DNA of 64,000 bases, taken from sequence record OX090893; one strand, 5' to 3'. Position 1 is the first letter of the stretch. Each line of letters starts with the position of its first letter. Below are positions 9,572-18,344 of the stretch, piece after piece. Below the pieces are notes generated by a model. That model was not told the origin of the DNA. It worked only from the letters and a program-made list of their open reading frames with translations, and did no database searches. Both the position numbers and the translations under genes were made by a program. Origin of the DNA: Escherichia phage vB_Eco_PATM.

Positions 9572-10456
9572 TTATTTTTGAATAGTTGACTTAATAAGGT
9601 CTTGCATAATACCACGGATTTCATTAAAGCACAGAAGAACAGATGCTTCAAAAGATCCTTCTTCATCGTTAAAGTATTTAGGGAATTTAATACCACTCAA
9701 CTTAAATTCTTTATCAACAATAAAGTTAACGAAACCGTCATATTCCAGGCCAATGGCAACAACGTGCTTACCATCTTCCATAAGTTCTACTGCACGAGAT
9801 TCATAAAGGGATTCTTTACTCCATACAACCACACCTTCCGAATCTTCAAGTTTAATATAATTACCAAGGGTCAGTCGTTCAGCCTCATGTTCTTCTAAGA
9901 TGGTATCAAAACCTTTAATAATGGCTTCTTCGTGTACACTAAACGGCAGGACTGGGAAAGTACCCAACACCTCACGAAGAAACACAGCAATATCTTCACT
10001 AATTTTCTTAGTACCATTAAGAACGTAGGTAATACTGTTTTCAGTGTCTACAACAACATAGTTATAGAAATCATCTGCCTCTGTTTCTGGGAGCAGAGAA
10101 AACACGATATCAGCCTCAATTGCTTTTTTACTTTCTTTGTCCAAGAAGAATTCTTTAGTAGGGTTTGCAGCAATAAACTCTTGTTCCATCTCTTGAAGTT
10201 TTTCATTAAGAATGCGTTTAACTTTTTTCTTGTTAACTTTCTTAACAGATTGCCCTACTTTAATAACCTCTAAACCAGAGAACACTTTTACATAAGAACC
10301 ATCATCTTCAAAACGAACAAGACCAATGGTATGTGCTTGTTGACCCTGTGCCACAACAAAATCCAGCGGTTTATCTGTTACTGTGTTCAGTGCTGAAATA
10401 GACAGACCATCACCAGAAATCAGGGTTACGCAAGATTTGAAATTTTTAGCAAACAT
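9572..10456 (-). CDS. Hypothetical protein (294 aa)
   Basis: Long acidic ORF in the replication block; no motif. Confidence 0.45.
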   Translation of the reverse strand: MFAKNFKSCVTLISGDGLSISALNTVTDKPLDFVVAQGQQAHTIGLVRFEDDGSYVKVFSGLEVIKVGQSVKKVNKKKVKRILNEKLQEMEQEFIAANPTKEFFLDKESKKAIEADIVFSLLPETEADDFYNYVVVDTENSITYVLNGTKKISEDIAVFLREVLGTFPVLPFSVHEEAIIKGFDTILEEHEAERLTLGNYIKLEDSEGVVVWSKESLYESRAVELMEDGKHVVAIGLEYDGFVNFIVDKEFKLSGIKFPKYFNDEEGSFEASVLLCFNEIRGIMQDLIKSTIQK

Positions 10457-10466
10457 AGTTTTCTCC

Positions 10467-10745
10467 TCAAATAATAACTACAAAATATTTTACACCATCA
10501 TATTCAACAATATGATCAGGATATTTAAATCCTTTATAAGATTTACCAAACAGACTAACAGCCTCATTAGCTTTGTTTTGCGGATTACTCAACCACTGTT
10601 CTTCTGTGTAAAACTTAAACTCTGTTCTCTTACCTTCTTTTTCTAAACCAACAATTTCCTGTGTGATATCTTCAATACCTGCATTCTTCAAGGATTTGAT
10701 TACCTGACGCAAACCGTGTTTAAAGATATCTTCTGCTGTTAACAT
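10467..10745 (-). CDS. Hypothetical protein (92 aa)
   Basis: ORF; no motif. Confidence 0.4.
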   Translation of the reverse strand: MLTAEDIFKHGLRQVIKSLKNAGIEDITQEIVGLEKEGKRTEFKFYTEEQWLSNPQNKANEAVSLFGKSYKGFKYPDHIVEYDGVKYFVVII

Positions 10746-10781
10746 AATACCTCCAATAAGCCCCCGAAGGGGCTTTATTCC

Positions 10782-11504
10782 TTAAGCAATGATTGCTGCG
10801 ATATTAGGTTTAACAAAGGTAGATGGTTTCATAATTTTACCTTTGTCATCAAAGAATACGTACACCTTTTGAACTTCGTTATATACAGCATGTACCCCAG
10901 TATAAGAACCTTCTGCACGATCTTTGCTTCGCATCTCGATAGCATCGCACTCTTTTTCAAGAGCTTCAATAATATCCTTAGTTTCCCAAATAGCCAGGAG
11001 TTGCTTCTTGGTAGGATACTTGGACTCATTGCTATTCAACACTTCACGCATAACCTTCTTCTCGTTATAAACAGAACGCACCAAAGTATCTCGTGCCATA
11101 CGGGTAAGTGTAAGAGACATTAAGGCAAATTGCAAGTCATTTTCTACCATTTTATCAAATTCAATGATAACATCGTAGATGTTTTCTGCCAGAACATCTC
11201 CTGTCGGCATTTCCAGAGCTTTATCAACACCTTCTTTACCAAAGAACATAAACGCCAGGTAGGATGCTACCACAAAAATATCTGCTGCTGCATCAAGTAA
11301 TTCAACGTGATCATTTTCCTGTGCTGCTGCTTGGAACTCTTTAAGTTCTTCTCGTACAAAAGAAAGTTGAGCTTCAAACATCTCTTGAGTAAATTCTGGA
11401 GTTACTCCACCACGTGCCTTAGCATTCCAAGCAACAATTTGATCGGCAGCTTTGATAAAGAAGCTATTGTCCACTTTTACTTGTTTGAAAAAATTCTCGA
11501 TCAT
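10782..11504 (-). CDS. Hypothetical protein (240 aa), possibly all-alpha NTP pyrophosphohydrolase-like
   Basis: Acidic helical stretch ELLDAAADIFVVASY reminiscent of MazG/dUTPase-like EExxE/D sites; speculative. Confidence 0.35.
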   Translation of the reverse strand: MIENFFKQVKVDNSFFIKAADQIVAWNAKARGGVTPEFTQEMFEAQLSFVREELKEFQAAAQENDHVELLDAAADIFVVASYLAFMFFGKEGVDKALEMPTGDVLAENIYDVIIEFDKMVENDLQFALMSLTLTRMARDTLVRSVYNEKKVMREVLNSNESKYPTKKQLLAIWETKDIIEALEKECDAIEMRSKDRAEGSYTGVHAVYNEVQKVYVFFDDKGKIMKPSTFVKPNIAAIIA

Positions 11505-11513
11505 TGTTTCTCC

Positions 11514-11693
11514 TTATTTAAAATATTGTTCTAACAAAACACTAATGCGAACTACCGATTCGCCCATATACGCCCCAGCACAGAGGAAAACAACAAATCT
11601 ACAAAAATTGCAGTACCATTTGTCCACTGGAAACGAGGCTAACATTATAATTGCAATAGCAATTAACATCATAAGAACTGTTACTAATACCAT
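11514..11693 (-). CDS. Small membrane protein (about 59 aa, two hydrophobic segments)
   Basis: Start at 11693 follows RBS AAGAGG on minus strand; VLVTVLMMLIAIAIIMLASF and FVVFLCAGAY hydrophobic stretches. Confidence 0.35.
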   Translation of the reverse strand: MVLVTVLMMLIAIAIIMLASFPVDKWYCNFCRFVVFLCAGAYMGESVVRISVLLEQYFK

Positions 11694-11701
11694 ATTACCT
11701 C

Positions 11702-12865
11702 TTACTCTGCTGGTTCCCAAGTACCTGGAATCATCTTACGTACACGTACCCCAACAGGCTTAGTAGGAATACCTTCGTCTGAAAATTCTTCGTACTCTAT
11801 TTCAACAAATTGACCAATAAGTGTCAAAGCATTTTCTTCTTTACGATAGTTAATGGATTCGTCTGAATCCTTACGCATCAGGAATTCGACTACTTTACCA
11901 TTTTCCATCTCTCCTGTCAATACCCCGTCACCATTTTTATCACGCTTTGCACTTACCACTTTAACTTCAAGCGTCTGACGTGGTTTACGTTTAATAACAT
12001 CATAAGAACGTTTATCAAACTCGTAAACACCTTTTGCATTACGATACACCACACCTTCCGCTTTCTCACGTAGAGCTTTTGCATAGAAAGCATCAAACTG
12101 CTCTTGGTTTTCAATGTACTCTGTATGTACTACACAAATAAGTTCATCTAAACCTTTATCTTCAACAACTTCTTTTAGAGCAGCCAAAACTTGAACCCTC
12201 TTCTCAAATGGTACAGATGCCACAGGAACATCATATACATAGTATTTAAGAAGCGGTGTGTTAGCATTATGCTTTTTCCACGCACTATTAATTTGTTGAA
12301 GGCTAAGGACACCCAAACCAGCAAAAACTTCACCGTCAAGAGGATGACCAACTACTTCTTTAATGAAGGTTGGAATTTCTTCCCAGTGAGGTGGAAGTTT
12401 ATATACCTCCCCAGCTTTAGATAAACATTCACCTTGCATGTTAATCATTGAACGTAGACCATTCAATTTATATTGTGCATAACCTGGGAACAAAACACGG
12501 TCAGCATAATCTTTATAATCCTGACATTTCATGGGTGTGGAAGGAACATGGTTTTCAGCTTCCTCTTTTGTTTTATAATACCCATTCTTAAGTTGCTTTG
12601 TCCATTTGGCAAGAGCTTCTATTTCAGCTTGTTCTTCTGCTGTTGTTTCATTGGAGCGACCAATATTTTTAGGTTCTGCCGTATAAGATTTGCTAGTGAT
12701 CTTTCCACCTAATTGACCATGAGCAACAGTTACAACACTACCTTCGGTATAGACTGACCACTGTTTAATTTTACCTGTAGAAGTTTTACCATATAATGTA
12801 GGATTAGTTTGTTTCATCTTTAACCTCCAGTTGCGAAAGAACCCATTTAGCCATTTCAATTTCAC
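11702..12865 (-). CDS. ATP-dependent polynucleotide ligase (probable DNA ligase); start probably at internal Met near 12817
   Basis: Nucleotidyltransferase motifs: I KLNGLR, IV EGVVYR, V DVIKRK, then a C-terminal OB-like region; about 370 aa. Confidence 0.6.
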   Translation of the reverse strand: MKLKWLNGFFRNWRLKMKQTNPTLYGKTSTGKIKQWSVYTEGSVVTVAHGQLGGKITSKSYTAEPKNIGRSNETTAEEQAEIEALAKWTKQLKNGYYKTKEEAENHVPSTPMKCQDYKDYADRVLFPGYAQYKLNGLRSMINMQGECLSKAGEVYKLPPHWEEIPTFIKEVVGHPLDGEVFAGLGVLSLQQINSAWKKHNANTPLLKYYVYDVPVASVPFEKRVQVLAALKEVVEDKGLDELICVVHTEYIENQEQFDAFYAKALREKAEGVVYRNAKGVYEFDKRSYDVIKRKPRQTLEVKVVSAKRDKNGDGVLTGEMENGKVVEFLMRKDSDESINYRKEENALTLIGQFVEIEYEEFSDEGIPTKPVGVRVRKMIPGTWEPAE

Positions 12866-13007
12866 CGTGTAGTCTGCCTAGTTCATAGGCATCATCAATA
12901 TTACCACCAGTGTAATCATCCACCATAAAGTAAGGATCTTCACTACTGTTAGGCGCGTTTGCAATTCTCGTTAGTTCTTCAATAAATGTCATAGTTAACC
13001 TTACCAA
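12804..13007 (-). CDS. Hypothetical small protein (67 aa)
   Basis: ORF; no motif. Confidence 0.3.
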   Translation of the reverse strand: MVRLTMTFIEELTRIANAPNSSEDPYFMVDDYTGGNIDDAYELGRLHGEIEMAKWVLSQLEVKDETN

Positions 13008-13225
13008 TTATACACAAGAGTTTGAATTTCTTCCATCAAATCTTCAAGATCTGTATCAACATATTCAGAAGATGTTGCCATAAAGTATGTAATCATTGTG
13101 AACCCTTCCGAAGAAAGGGCATCAAGGATATCATTAAACATATCTTCCATTTCAGTATTCTCACCAAATGAGAATAACATTTGTTGGTCTTCGCTTACAC
13201 CTTTAACATAGATAGCTGTACTCAT
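13001..13225 (-). CDS. Hypothetical small acidic protein (74 aa)
   Basis: ORF; no motif. Confidence 0.35.
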   Translation of the reverse strand: MSTAIYVKGVSEDQQMLFSFGENTEMEDMFNDILDALSSEGFTMITYFMATSSEYVDTDLEDLMEEIQTLVYNW

Positions 13226-13228
13226 ATA

Positions 13229-13549
13229 TTAATCCTTAAGACGTTCATTTAAATCTGCAATAACATCACCTAAATCTTCACATTCCAGCGTTAACTCTGA
13301 AACTTGTCCACTCAAATAACAAACTTCTTCATTTAGATCTGAAATAATGTTTTCTAATGAATCTACTTGGTCATCATATGAACGTTTTGTTTCTTCAAGT
13401 TCTTCCGTAAGATCATTAATCAAACGGAGCAAAGATAAGATATAACCGTCTCCTGTCTCGTTCCTCCACTCACTTCCGTAGCGATAAATAATAATTTCAC
13501 CATTATCGACTACTGTAAAATACTTACCTTCACCAGAATAAATTTCCAT
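13229..13549 (-). CDS. Hypothetical coiled-coil protein (106 aa)
   Basis: Heptad-like acidic sequence LINDLTEELEETKRSYDDQVDSLENIISDLNEEV. Confidence 0.4.
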   Translation of the reverse strand: MEIYSGEGKYFTVVDNGEIIIYRYGSEWRNETGDGYILSLLRLINDLTEELEETKRSYDDQVDSLENIISDLNEEVCYLSGQVSELTLECEDLGDVIADLNERLKD

Positions 13550-13558
13550 AAACTCTCC

Positions 13559-13963
13559 TTATTGTAGCTTAAGTGAACTGCGAAGACGTTCCTCTTGCTG
13601 ATCACGAATATGTTGTGGAACCTCATGAATTGAATCGTTACCGTGCCTATTCTCCACAACTAAAGAAATAACTTGATAACCAAACTCTTCGGCAAGAGTT
13701 AAATAAGGTTTAAGTTCTTTTTCTGTAGTAGAGGTATTAGAAACAATAATCTTTTCAACACCATACTGCATATATTTTTGTACTTTGACACGACACCATT
13801 GGTGTGCTTTATGGATATTCTCTTGTTTCCACTCATACACACCATCTTCAGTGTAGTGGTATTGATCTGCCTCACAAATAGGCCAATGATTTTCAGAGAT
13901 AATTTCTGCTACTGTAGATTTACCTGCACCTGAAACACCACGTAAAATGATAAGTTGTTTCAT
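13559..13963 (-). CDS. P-loop nucleotide kinase (polynucleotide 5'-kinase-like)
   Basis: 134 aa; Walker A GVSGAGKST at residues 9-17; small kinase fold like the kinase domain of polynucleotide kinases; directly abuts the ligase-like gene. Confidence 0.55.
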   Translation of the reverse strand: MKQLIILRGVSGAGKSTVAEIISENHWPICEADQYHYTEDGVYEWKQENIHKAHQWCRVKVQKYMQYGVEKIIVSNTSTTEKELKPYLTLAEEFGYQVISLVVENRHGNDSIHEVPQHIRDQQEERLRSSLKLQ

Positions 13964-14896
13964 TTAGCCTCCAAAGAAGTTTTCTATTTCTTTACGTCGC
14001 TCTTGTGGATCTAGAGCAGCCCATTGAACCTTCGTAAAGTTATTTCGAAGCCATTCTAGCAAAGTATAATATTCTTCGTCAACAATTTGTTTAGCATTGT
14101 TTGGGTTGTCCCAAATCATATCCCACTTCTTATTGCCACCACGCATAAGGAACTTCTTAGCAAGATAGTATGGTGACTTAATCTTTAAGAGTAAGTTAAA
14201 CGGATAGTTTGTTTCACGAACAACAAAGCCTTCGTGTCTACAATGTTTAGACATTTCAACAACATCTGAAAATTTAATCATCGGATAAACTTCAGGACGT
14301 TTAAATTTTGTAATAGATGCAATCCCATCAAGAACACCTTCAGGTAACATGAAACTTGTCCCGTCAAGATTTTGAATTCTTGCTCCAATTAAGTATGCGC
14401 CTGGTTCTTCTTCGACAATATGTGGATCAGAAGGATCACAGATTTCAAAAAGGAAAGTTGCTTTTGCACTTTCTGTCCACTTAATGAAATACTCTATGTC
14501 ATCACACTCGGAAACAATACGGTTCTTGGCAATAGTTGCAAAGTCTGATTCTAGGCTCCCTGTTGTTGATACAACAAGTTTCCCTTTGTACACACCTACA
14601 GATGCCATAAAACCGTTTACTTTACGGACAGCATCTACAATTTCGTCTGCTGGAAGATCTGTACCATTTTCAAAACGATTAAAGATTTTAGTAAAAGGCC
14701 AAATAACAACATTGTCTTCTGAGTCAACAACCAACCCACGACAATCTAGAAGTCGTTTGTCAACGTTCCACAAATTATCCCAGAATACATTGTTTTTGTA
14801 TTTAAGCACAGCAAGACCAGCATACTCTCCAGATTTAACTTCTTTTTTATGCACTAAACCTTTTACAATCAGGTCATCACAATTGAACTTAGCCAC
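13964..14896 (-). CDS. RNA-ligase-like nucleotidyltransferase (Rnl/Trl1-type)
   Basis: 310 aa; motif I KVNG, motif IV EGFVVR, motif V LLKIK; KxNG is the Trl1/Rnl1-type variant. Confidence 0.55.
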   Translation of the reverse strand: MAKFNCDDLIVKGLVHKKEVKSGEYAGLAVLKYKNNVFWDNLWNVDKRLLDCRGLVVDSEDNVVIWPFTKIFNRFENGTDLPADEIVDAVRKVNGFMASVGVYKGKLVVSTTGSLESDFATIAKNRIVSECDDIEYFIKWTESAKATFLFEICDPSDPHIVEEEPGAYLIGARIQNLDGTSFMLPEGVLDGIASITKFKRPEVYPMIKFSDVVEMSKHCRHEGFVVRETNYPFNLLLKIKSPYYLAKKFLMRGGNKKWDMIWDNPNNAKQIVDEEYYTLLEWLRNNFTKVQWAALDPQERRKEIENFFGG

Positions 14897-14897
14897 C

Positions 14898-15449
14898 TTA
14901 ATCTCCTTTGATTATCTTATGATGGTCTACAACAACAATATCACGCTTATCCATAATAGAGATGATTTCGTCAAAATGCAAGATTTTCCCGTGTGCATCC
15001 CAACCAACATCCAACATCTTCCCATACAAATGGTCAGGGAATGATCCGTGAGAGTGTCCGTGTAGCATGATTGATCCATGCCCTTGTTTATTCCAGGCAG
15101 CCATAGGGTAATGGCTTAAGACGAAAAACAGCTTCTGATATTTCACTTCGTCATAATAAACCACTTCTCCATACTCTGCAAGCACTTTTCTGTGTTTACT
15201 GTAATCATGGTTTCCAACACAGTAAGTAATATCCCCTTGGAGACGGGAAGCAATCTTACGGGTATCTTCTTCAGTCCCGAAACAGAAGTCCCCAAGATGG
15301 TACATCTTTACTCCTGGTGTTGTGGCACATTTATTCCATGCTTCGATCAGTGCTTCTGTCATATGCTCCATATCTTCCCACGGGCGATATTCAGGAGCAA
15401 ACTCTCGGATACGTTTGTGCATAAAATGCAAATCACTTGTAATAAACAT
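14898..15449 (-). CDS. Calcineurin-like metallophosphoesterase
   Basis: 183 aa; DLHFMH, GDFCFG, GNHD, HGHSH metallophosphatase motifs in canonical order. Confidence 0.7.
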   Translation of the reverse strand: MFITSDLHFMHKRIREFAPEYRPWEDMEHMTEALIEAWNKCATTPGVKMYHLGDFCFGTEEDTRKIASRLQGDITYCVGNHDYSKHRKVLAEYGEVVYYDEVKYQKLFFVLSHYPMAAWNKQGHGSIMLHGHSHGSFPDHLYGKMLDVGWDAHGKILHFDEIISIMDKRDIVVVDHHKIIKGD

Positions 15450-15811
15450 TAGTATAATCCCTCGCTGAATAGTTCACTGTTGTGACCATTTCTTTCGTAG
15501 TTAATTTGTTTGGCGTTATCTGCAATGATATAAGCATCTTTTCGACTCCACCAATTATAATACTGATCAATAAACCCTTGATTATCAGGTAAGCAAAACA
15601 GCTTATCGATCAATCCTGCATCTTTTAAAACATTAAGTTGTGCAGATAGTACAGGATTTGCATGCCTAACACAAGGAATAATTAACTCTTCACCATTGTT
15701 GAGAATATACTTATTCGCAGCGCAGACTATAACACGTTGAGCATAGTGATCCTCACCAATCCAGGTAAGAGGTTGGTAACAAATATCATGTTGATTAGTA
15801 GCGCACATCAA
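15449..15811 (-). CDS. Hypothetical protein (120 aa)
   Basis: ORF adjacent to the phosphoesterase; no motif. Confidence 0.4.
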   Translation of the reverse strand: MMCATNQHDICYQPLTWIGEDHYAQRVIVCAANKYILNNGEELIIPCVRHANPVLSAQLNVLKDAGLIDKLFCLPDNQGFIDQYYNWWSRKDAYIIADNAKQINYERNGHNSELFSEGLY

Positions 15812-15966
15812 TTTTCTCCATACTCTTTTAGTCTATCAGCGAAAAAACTGTAATCAGGAAGTAAAAGATCATTACTCGTATCGCTCCAGTTCTCTTCCTC
15901 TCTATAGATAAAATGCCCTTCATCCTCTTCTTGCTCTGACCAAACTGAATAATGCATAATACCTAC

Positions 15967-16341
15967 TTAATAGTTAACACGTTTAATTTCAACACCATAG
16001 GATGAAATAAAATTTTCCTTAGCTAACATATATTTACCAGCAGCAGAAGGATTTGATGTATGAACATAGATAGTTTTAAGAGCATCCCATTCACCCGCGT
16101 ACAACATACATTCTACATCCAAGAACGCATGATAGCCTTCTTGATCTTCCCCAAGATCATTATCGAAGTGTATTTCTGATATATTGTTGAAATTATCTTC
16201 ATCTGAAACAAAAGATGACCAATCCCCAAAAGATTTTAACCAAATGGCATCCTCATAACCATAATCTTTAGGATCTCTTAAATCGTCTAACCAAAGAATT
16301 TTAGCCACTATCAACCTCCTTCCTGTTTCTCTTCTTTCCAA
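15967..16341 (-). CDS. Hypothetical protein (124 aa)
   Basis: ORF; N-terminal ILWLDDLRDP; no assignable motif. Confidence 0.4.
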   Translation of the reverse strand: MERRETGRRLIVAKILWLDDLRDPKDYGYEDAIWLKSFGDWSSFVSDEDNFNNISEIHFDNDLGEDQEGYHAFLDVECMLYAGEWDALKTIYVHTSNPSAAGKYMLAKENFISSYGVEIKRVNY

Positions 16342-16502
16342 GTTTTACCTTTATCTACCAATTTCTTAGAAACAGCAAATCTTTCCCCATTGATATAAAA
16401 CAAATAAAGAATAAAGGATTTTCCTATAGTTACAGTATCTACTACTTCTACACGCTTCACACCTTGCATGTATTTGGCTTTACCTGAATAAATAAGAAAC
16501 AT
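16311..16502 (-). CDS. Hypothetical small protein (63 aa)
   Basis: ORF in early block. Confidence 0.3.
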   Translation of the reverse strand: MFLIYSGKAKYMQGVKRVEVVDTVTIGKSFILYLFYINGERFAVSKKLVDKGKTWKEEKQEGG

Positions 16503-16780
16503 TACTTATTCCTTTTGTTGTTGATCACATCTAAAGCTGTGTAAGGCTTGTTTGTACCGCTGTATTCAAGAATAATTGGTACATATTCACAGACCAACTC
16601 AAAAGTACCATACACAGAATCTGCAACTGAAATAAGCATTTCAGTGCCTTCGTCGTTCTTAATTAATGAAAATCTTGCCCCTGGTTTATTGAGCACTTCA
16701 TATTTCTTACCTGCTGTCAGCAAACCTGAATACCATTCATTTTGCACAACAGACAAACACTTCAGATATGTTTTTCTCAT
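16502..16780 (-). CDS. Hypothetical protein (92 aa)
   Basis: ORF in early block. Confidence 0.4.
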   Translation of the reverse strand: MRKTYLKCLSVVQNEWYSGLLTAGKKYEVLNKPGARFSLIKNDEGTEMLISVADSVYGTFELVCEYVPIILEYSGTNKPYTALDVINNKRNK

Positions 16781-17118
16781 TTCTTTTTGCTCCTTCTTTT
16801 AGGCTTCTCGTATAAACCTAACACAGCCGATTCTTTTGCACAAATAGGAACTGACTTCATTCCTCGTTTTTTAGCTTCTGGTAGATTCAAAACCCACCAG
16901 CCAAACCAGTACAATTCATCCTCTGTAAAAGGATCTGCCATAGGATCTGCATCACGTTCTTCAAATTTAGCAAGAGCTTCTTCTATCTTTTCTATTGGAG
17001 TATCAAAGACAAAAGCCTCTGTGTCAAATTTTTGTTTCTTAGGAGCGGCTTTTGCCGCCCCATCTTTAGATGCGTGCTTTGTTACGGATCGCTTCTTCGG
17101 TGTTTTCGCCATCAACAA
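16777..17118 (-). CDS. Hypothetical basic protein (113 aa, Lys-rich termini)
   Basis: KKRSVTKHASKDGAAKAAPKKQK N-terminus and KPKRRSKKK C-terminus suggest nucleic-acid binding. Confidence 0.4.
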   Translation of the reverse strand: MLMAKTPKKRSVTKHASKDGAAKAAPKKQKFDTEAFVFDTPIEKIEEALAKFEERDADPMADPFTEDELYWFGWWVLNLPEAKKRGMKSVPICAKESAVLGLYEKPKRRSKKK

Positions 17119-17305
17119 CCTCCATGCGGTGTAAGAAATCTTGCTGGAATCGCCAATACTGTTGACCAGTCCTTACATCTTCGTAGATCACAACAGGATC
17201 AAATACTTTAGCTACACCTGCTGGTTTAGGGAAGCCAACTACACGATATAAACCACCTTTGCTAATACAAGAATATGTTACATCAGTTAAAATTTCTTTT
17301 TTCAT
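17066..17305 (-). CDS. Hypothetical small protein (79 aa)
   Basis: ORF in early block. Confidence 0.35.
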   Translation of the reverse strand: MKKEILTDVTYSCISKGGLYRVVGFPKPAGVAKVFDPVVIYEDVRTGQQYWRFQQDFLHRMEVVDGENTEEAIRNKARI

Positions 17306-17499
17306 TTCTTAATAAACTCCAATACAGGTACGTGATCAGCAGTTAAAGTTACACAATTGTAACTTACCTTTTCAACTTCAGAGAATGCTTCAACCCATAG
17401 CAAGAAATTCTCTTTAGCCTCTTCATAATTCAATGTTGACTTAACAACATGGAACTCACCAAGGATTACTCTATAGATTGTTTGCATAGTTTGATTCAT
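17302..17499 (-). CDS. Hypothetical small protein (65 aa)
   Basis: ORF in early block. Confidence 0.35.
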   Translation of the reverse strand: MNQTMQTIYRVILGEFHVVKSTLNYEEAKENFLLWVEAFSEVEKVSYNCVTLTADHVPVLEFIKK

Positions 17500-17565
17500 T
17501 TATTTTTCCTTTGTTTAAAATGTGTTAAACAATCGCAAATGCTTGTGACGCACTTTGTGATTCCA

Positions 17566-17934
17566 CTAATTAATGTCAGCACTATGATTGTTGAGAGTAT
17601 AGGATACTCCATCGCCCAAGTCAACATGAATCTCAACTCCTAACTGTCTTTCTAATGGTAAACGTTTTGAGAATTGATAATTACAAAGTTTACAGTCTAA
17701 GTCAAGCAACTCATGTTTGCTTAAACCTGCGACGATAACTTTGCTCCCCACTGTCCACTCAATACCTTCAAAGTTATCTCTTCTTTTCAAAATGTCAAGT
17801 AAGAAGATGATTTGTTGCCATTCCGTAGACAAGTCTTCTTCATAGAATGCAGAACAAAAAGTTTTATCATCGTAGAAAGCATACATTATGCCTCCATCTA
17901 TTGTTTCACTTCTAACGTAACGTGTGACCCTCAT
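17566..17934 (-). CDS. Hypothetical protein (122 aa), first gene of the leftward block
   Basis: ORF starting next to the divergent intergenic region. Confidence 0.45.
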   Translation of the reverse strand: MRVTRYVRSETIDGGIMYAFYDDKTFCSAFYEEDLSTEWQQIIFLLDILKRRDNFEGIEWTVGSKVIVAGLSKHELLDLDCKLCNYQFSKRLPLERQLGVEIHVDLGDGVSYTLNNHSADIN

Positions 17935-18065
17935 TATTCCCTCCTGTATGGCTCTGTAACGAGCTAATGGCCTCTAAGATATGCAATCACCTTACCTCAC
18001 AGTAAAACTCGTTACAATCGTTTTTAGGAGGTTCAGGTTGTACTTAAAAATAATCTAAAAAGGTG

Positions 18066-18094
18066 TTGACAAACGCAAAAAAGTATGCTACCCT
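18066..18094 (+). promoter_or_regulatory. Sigma70-like promoter (TTGACA-17-TACCCT, weak -10)
   Basis: TTGACA at 18066-18071 within the AT-rich divergent region. Confidence 0.35.
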
Positions 18095-18276
18095 AACCCC
18101 CGAAAAACGCCGAGCGCAGCGAGGTGGGTGTTATCTAATCTTGTGATACATGATCTAACAGACAACTGAGTAGTCTACACATAGCACTATGTTATGTCTC
18201 TAATACTAACATACATACTCTATACTAACAATAGATTCTTTATTAATTTTATTATTAATTAAATAATAAATATCTA

Positions 18277-18305
18277 TTGACTTTAGATTTATCTGTATGT
18301 AGAGT
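18277..18305 (+). promoter_or_regulatory. Sigma70-like promoter (TTGACT-17-TAGAGT)
   Basis: Hexamers with 17 nt spacer about 40 nt upstream of the 18345 start; RBS AAGGAG precedes the ATG. Confidence 0.55.
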
Positions 18306-18344
18306 AGAGAACATAAAGTCCTAACTCAACTAAGGAGATAAACA

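Noticed and set aside
10759-10780. Hairpin GCCCC-CGAA-GGGGC between two minus-strand genes
   Set aside because: Its T-run is on the plus strand, opposite to the flanking genes; on the minus strand the stem is followed by TTATTGG, too weak to call a terminator.
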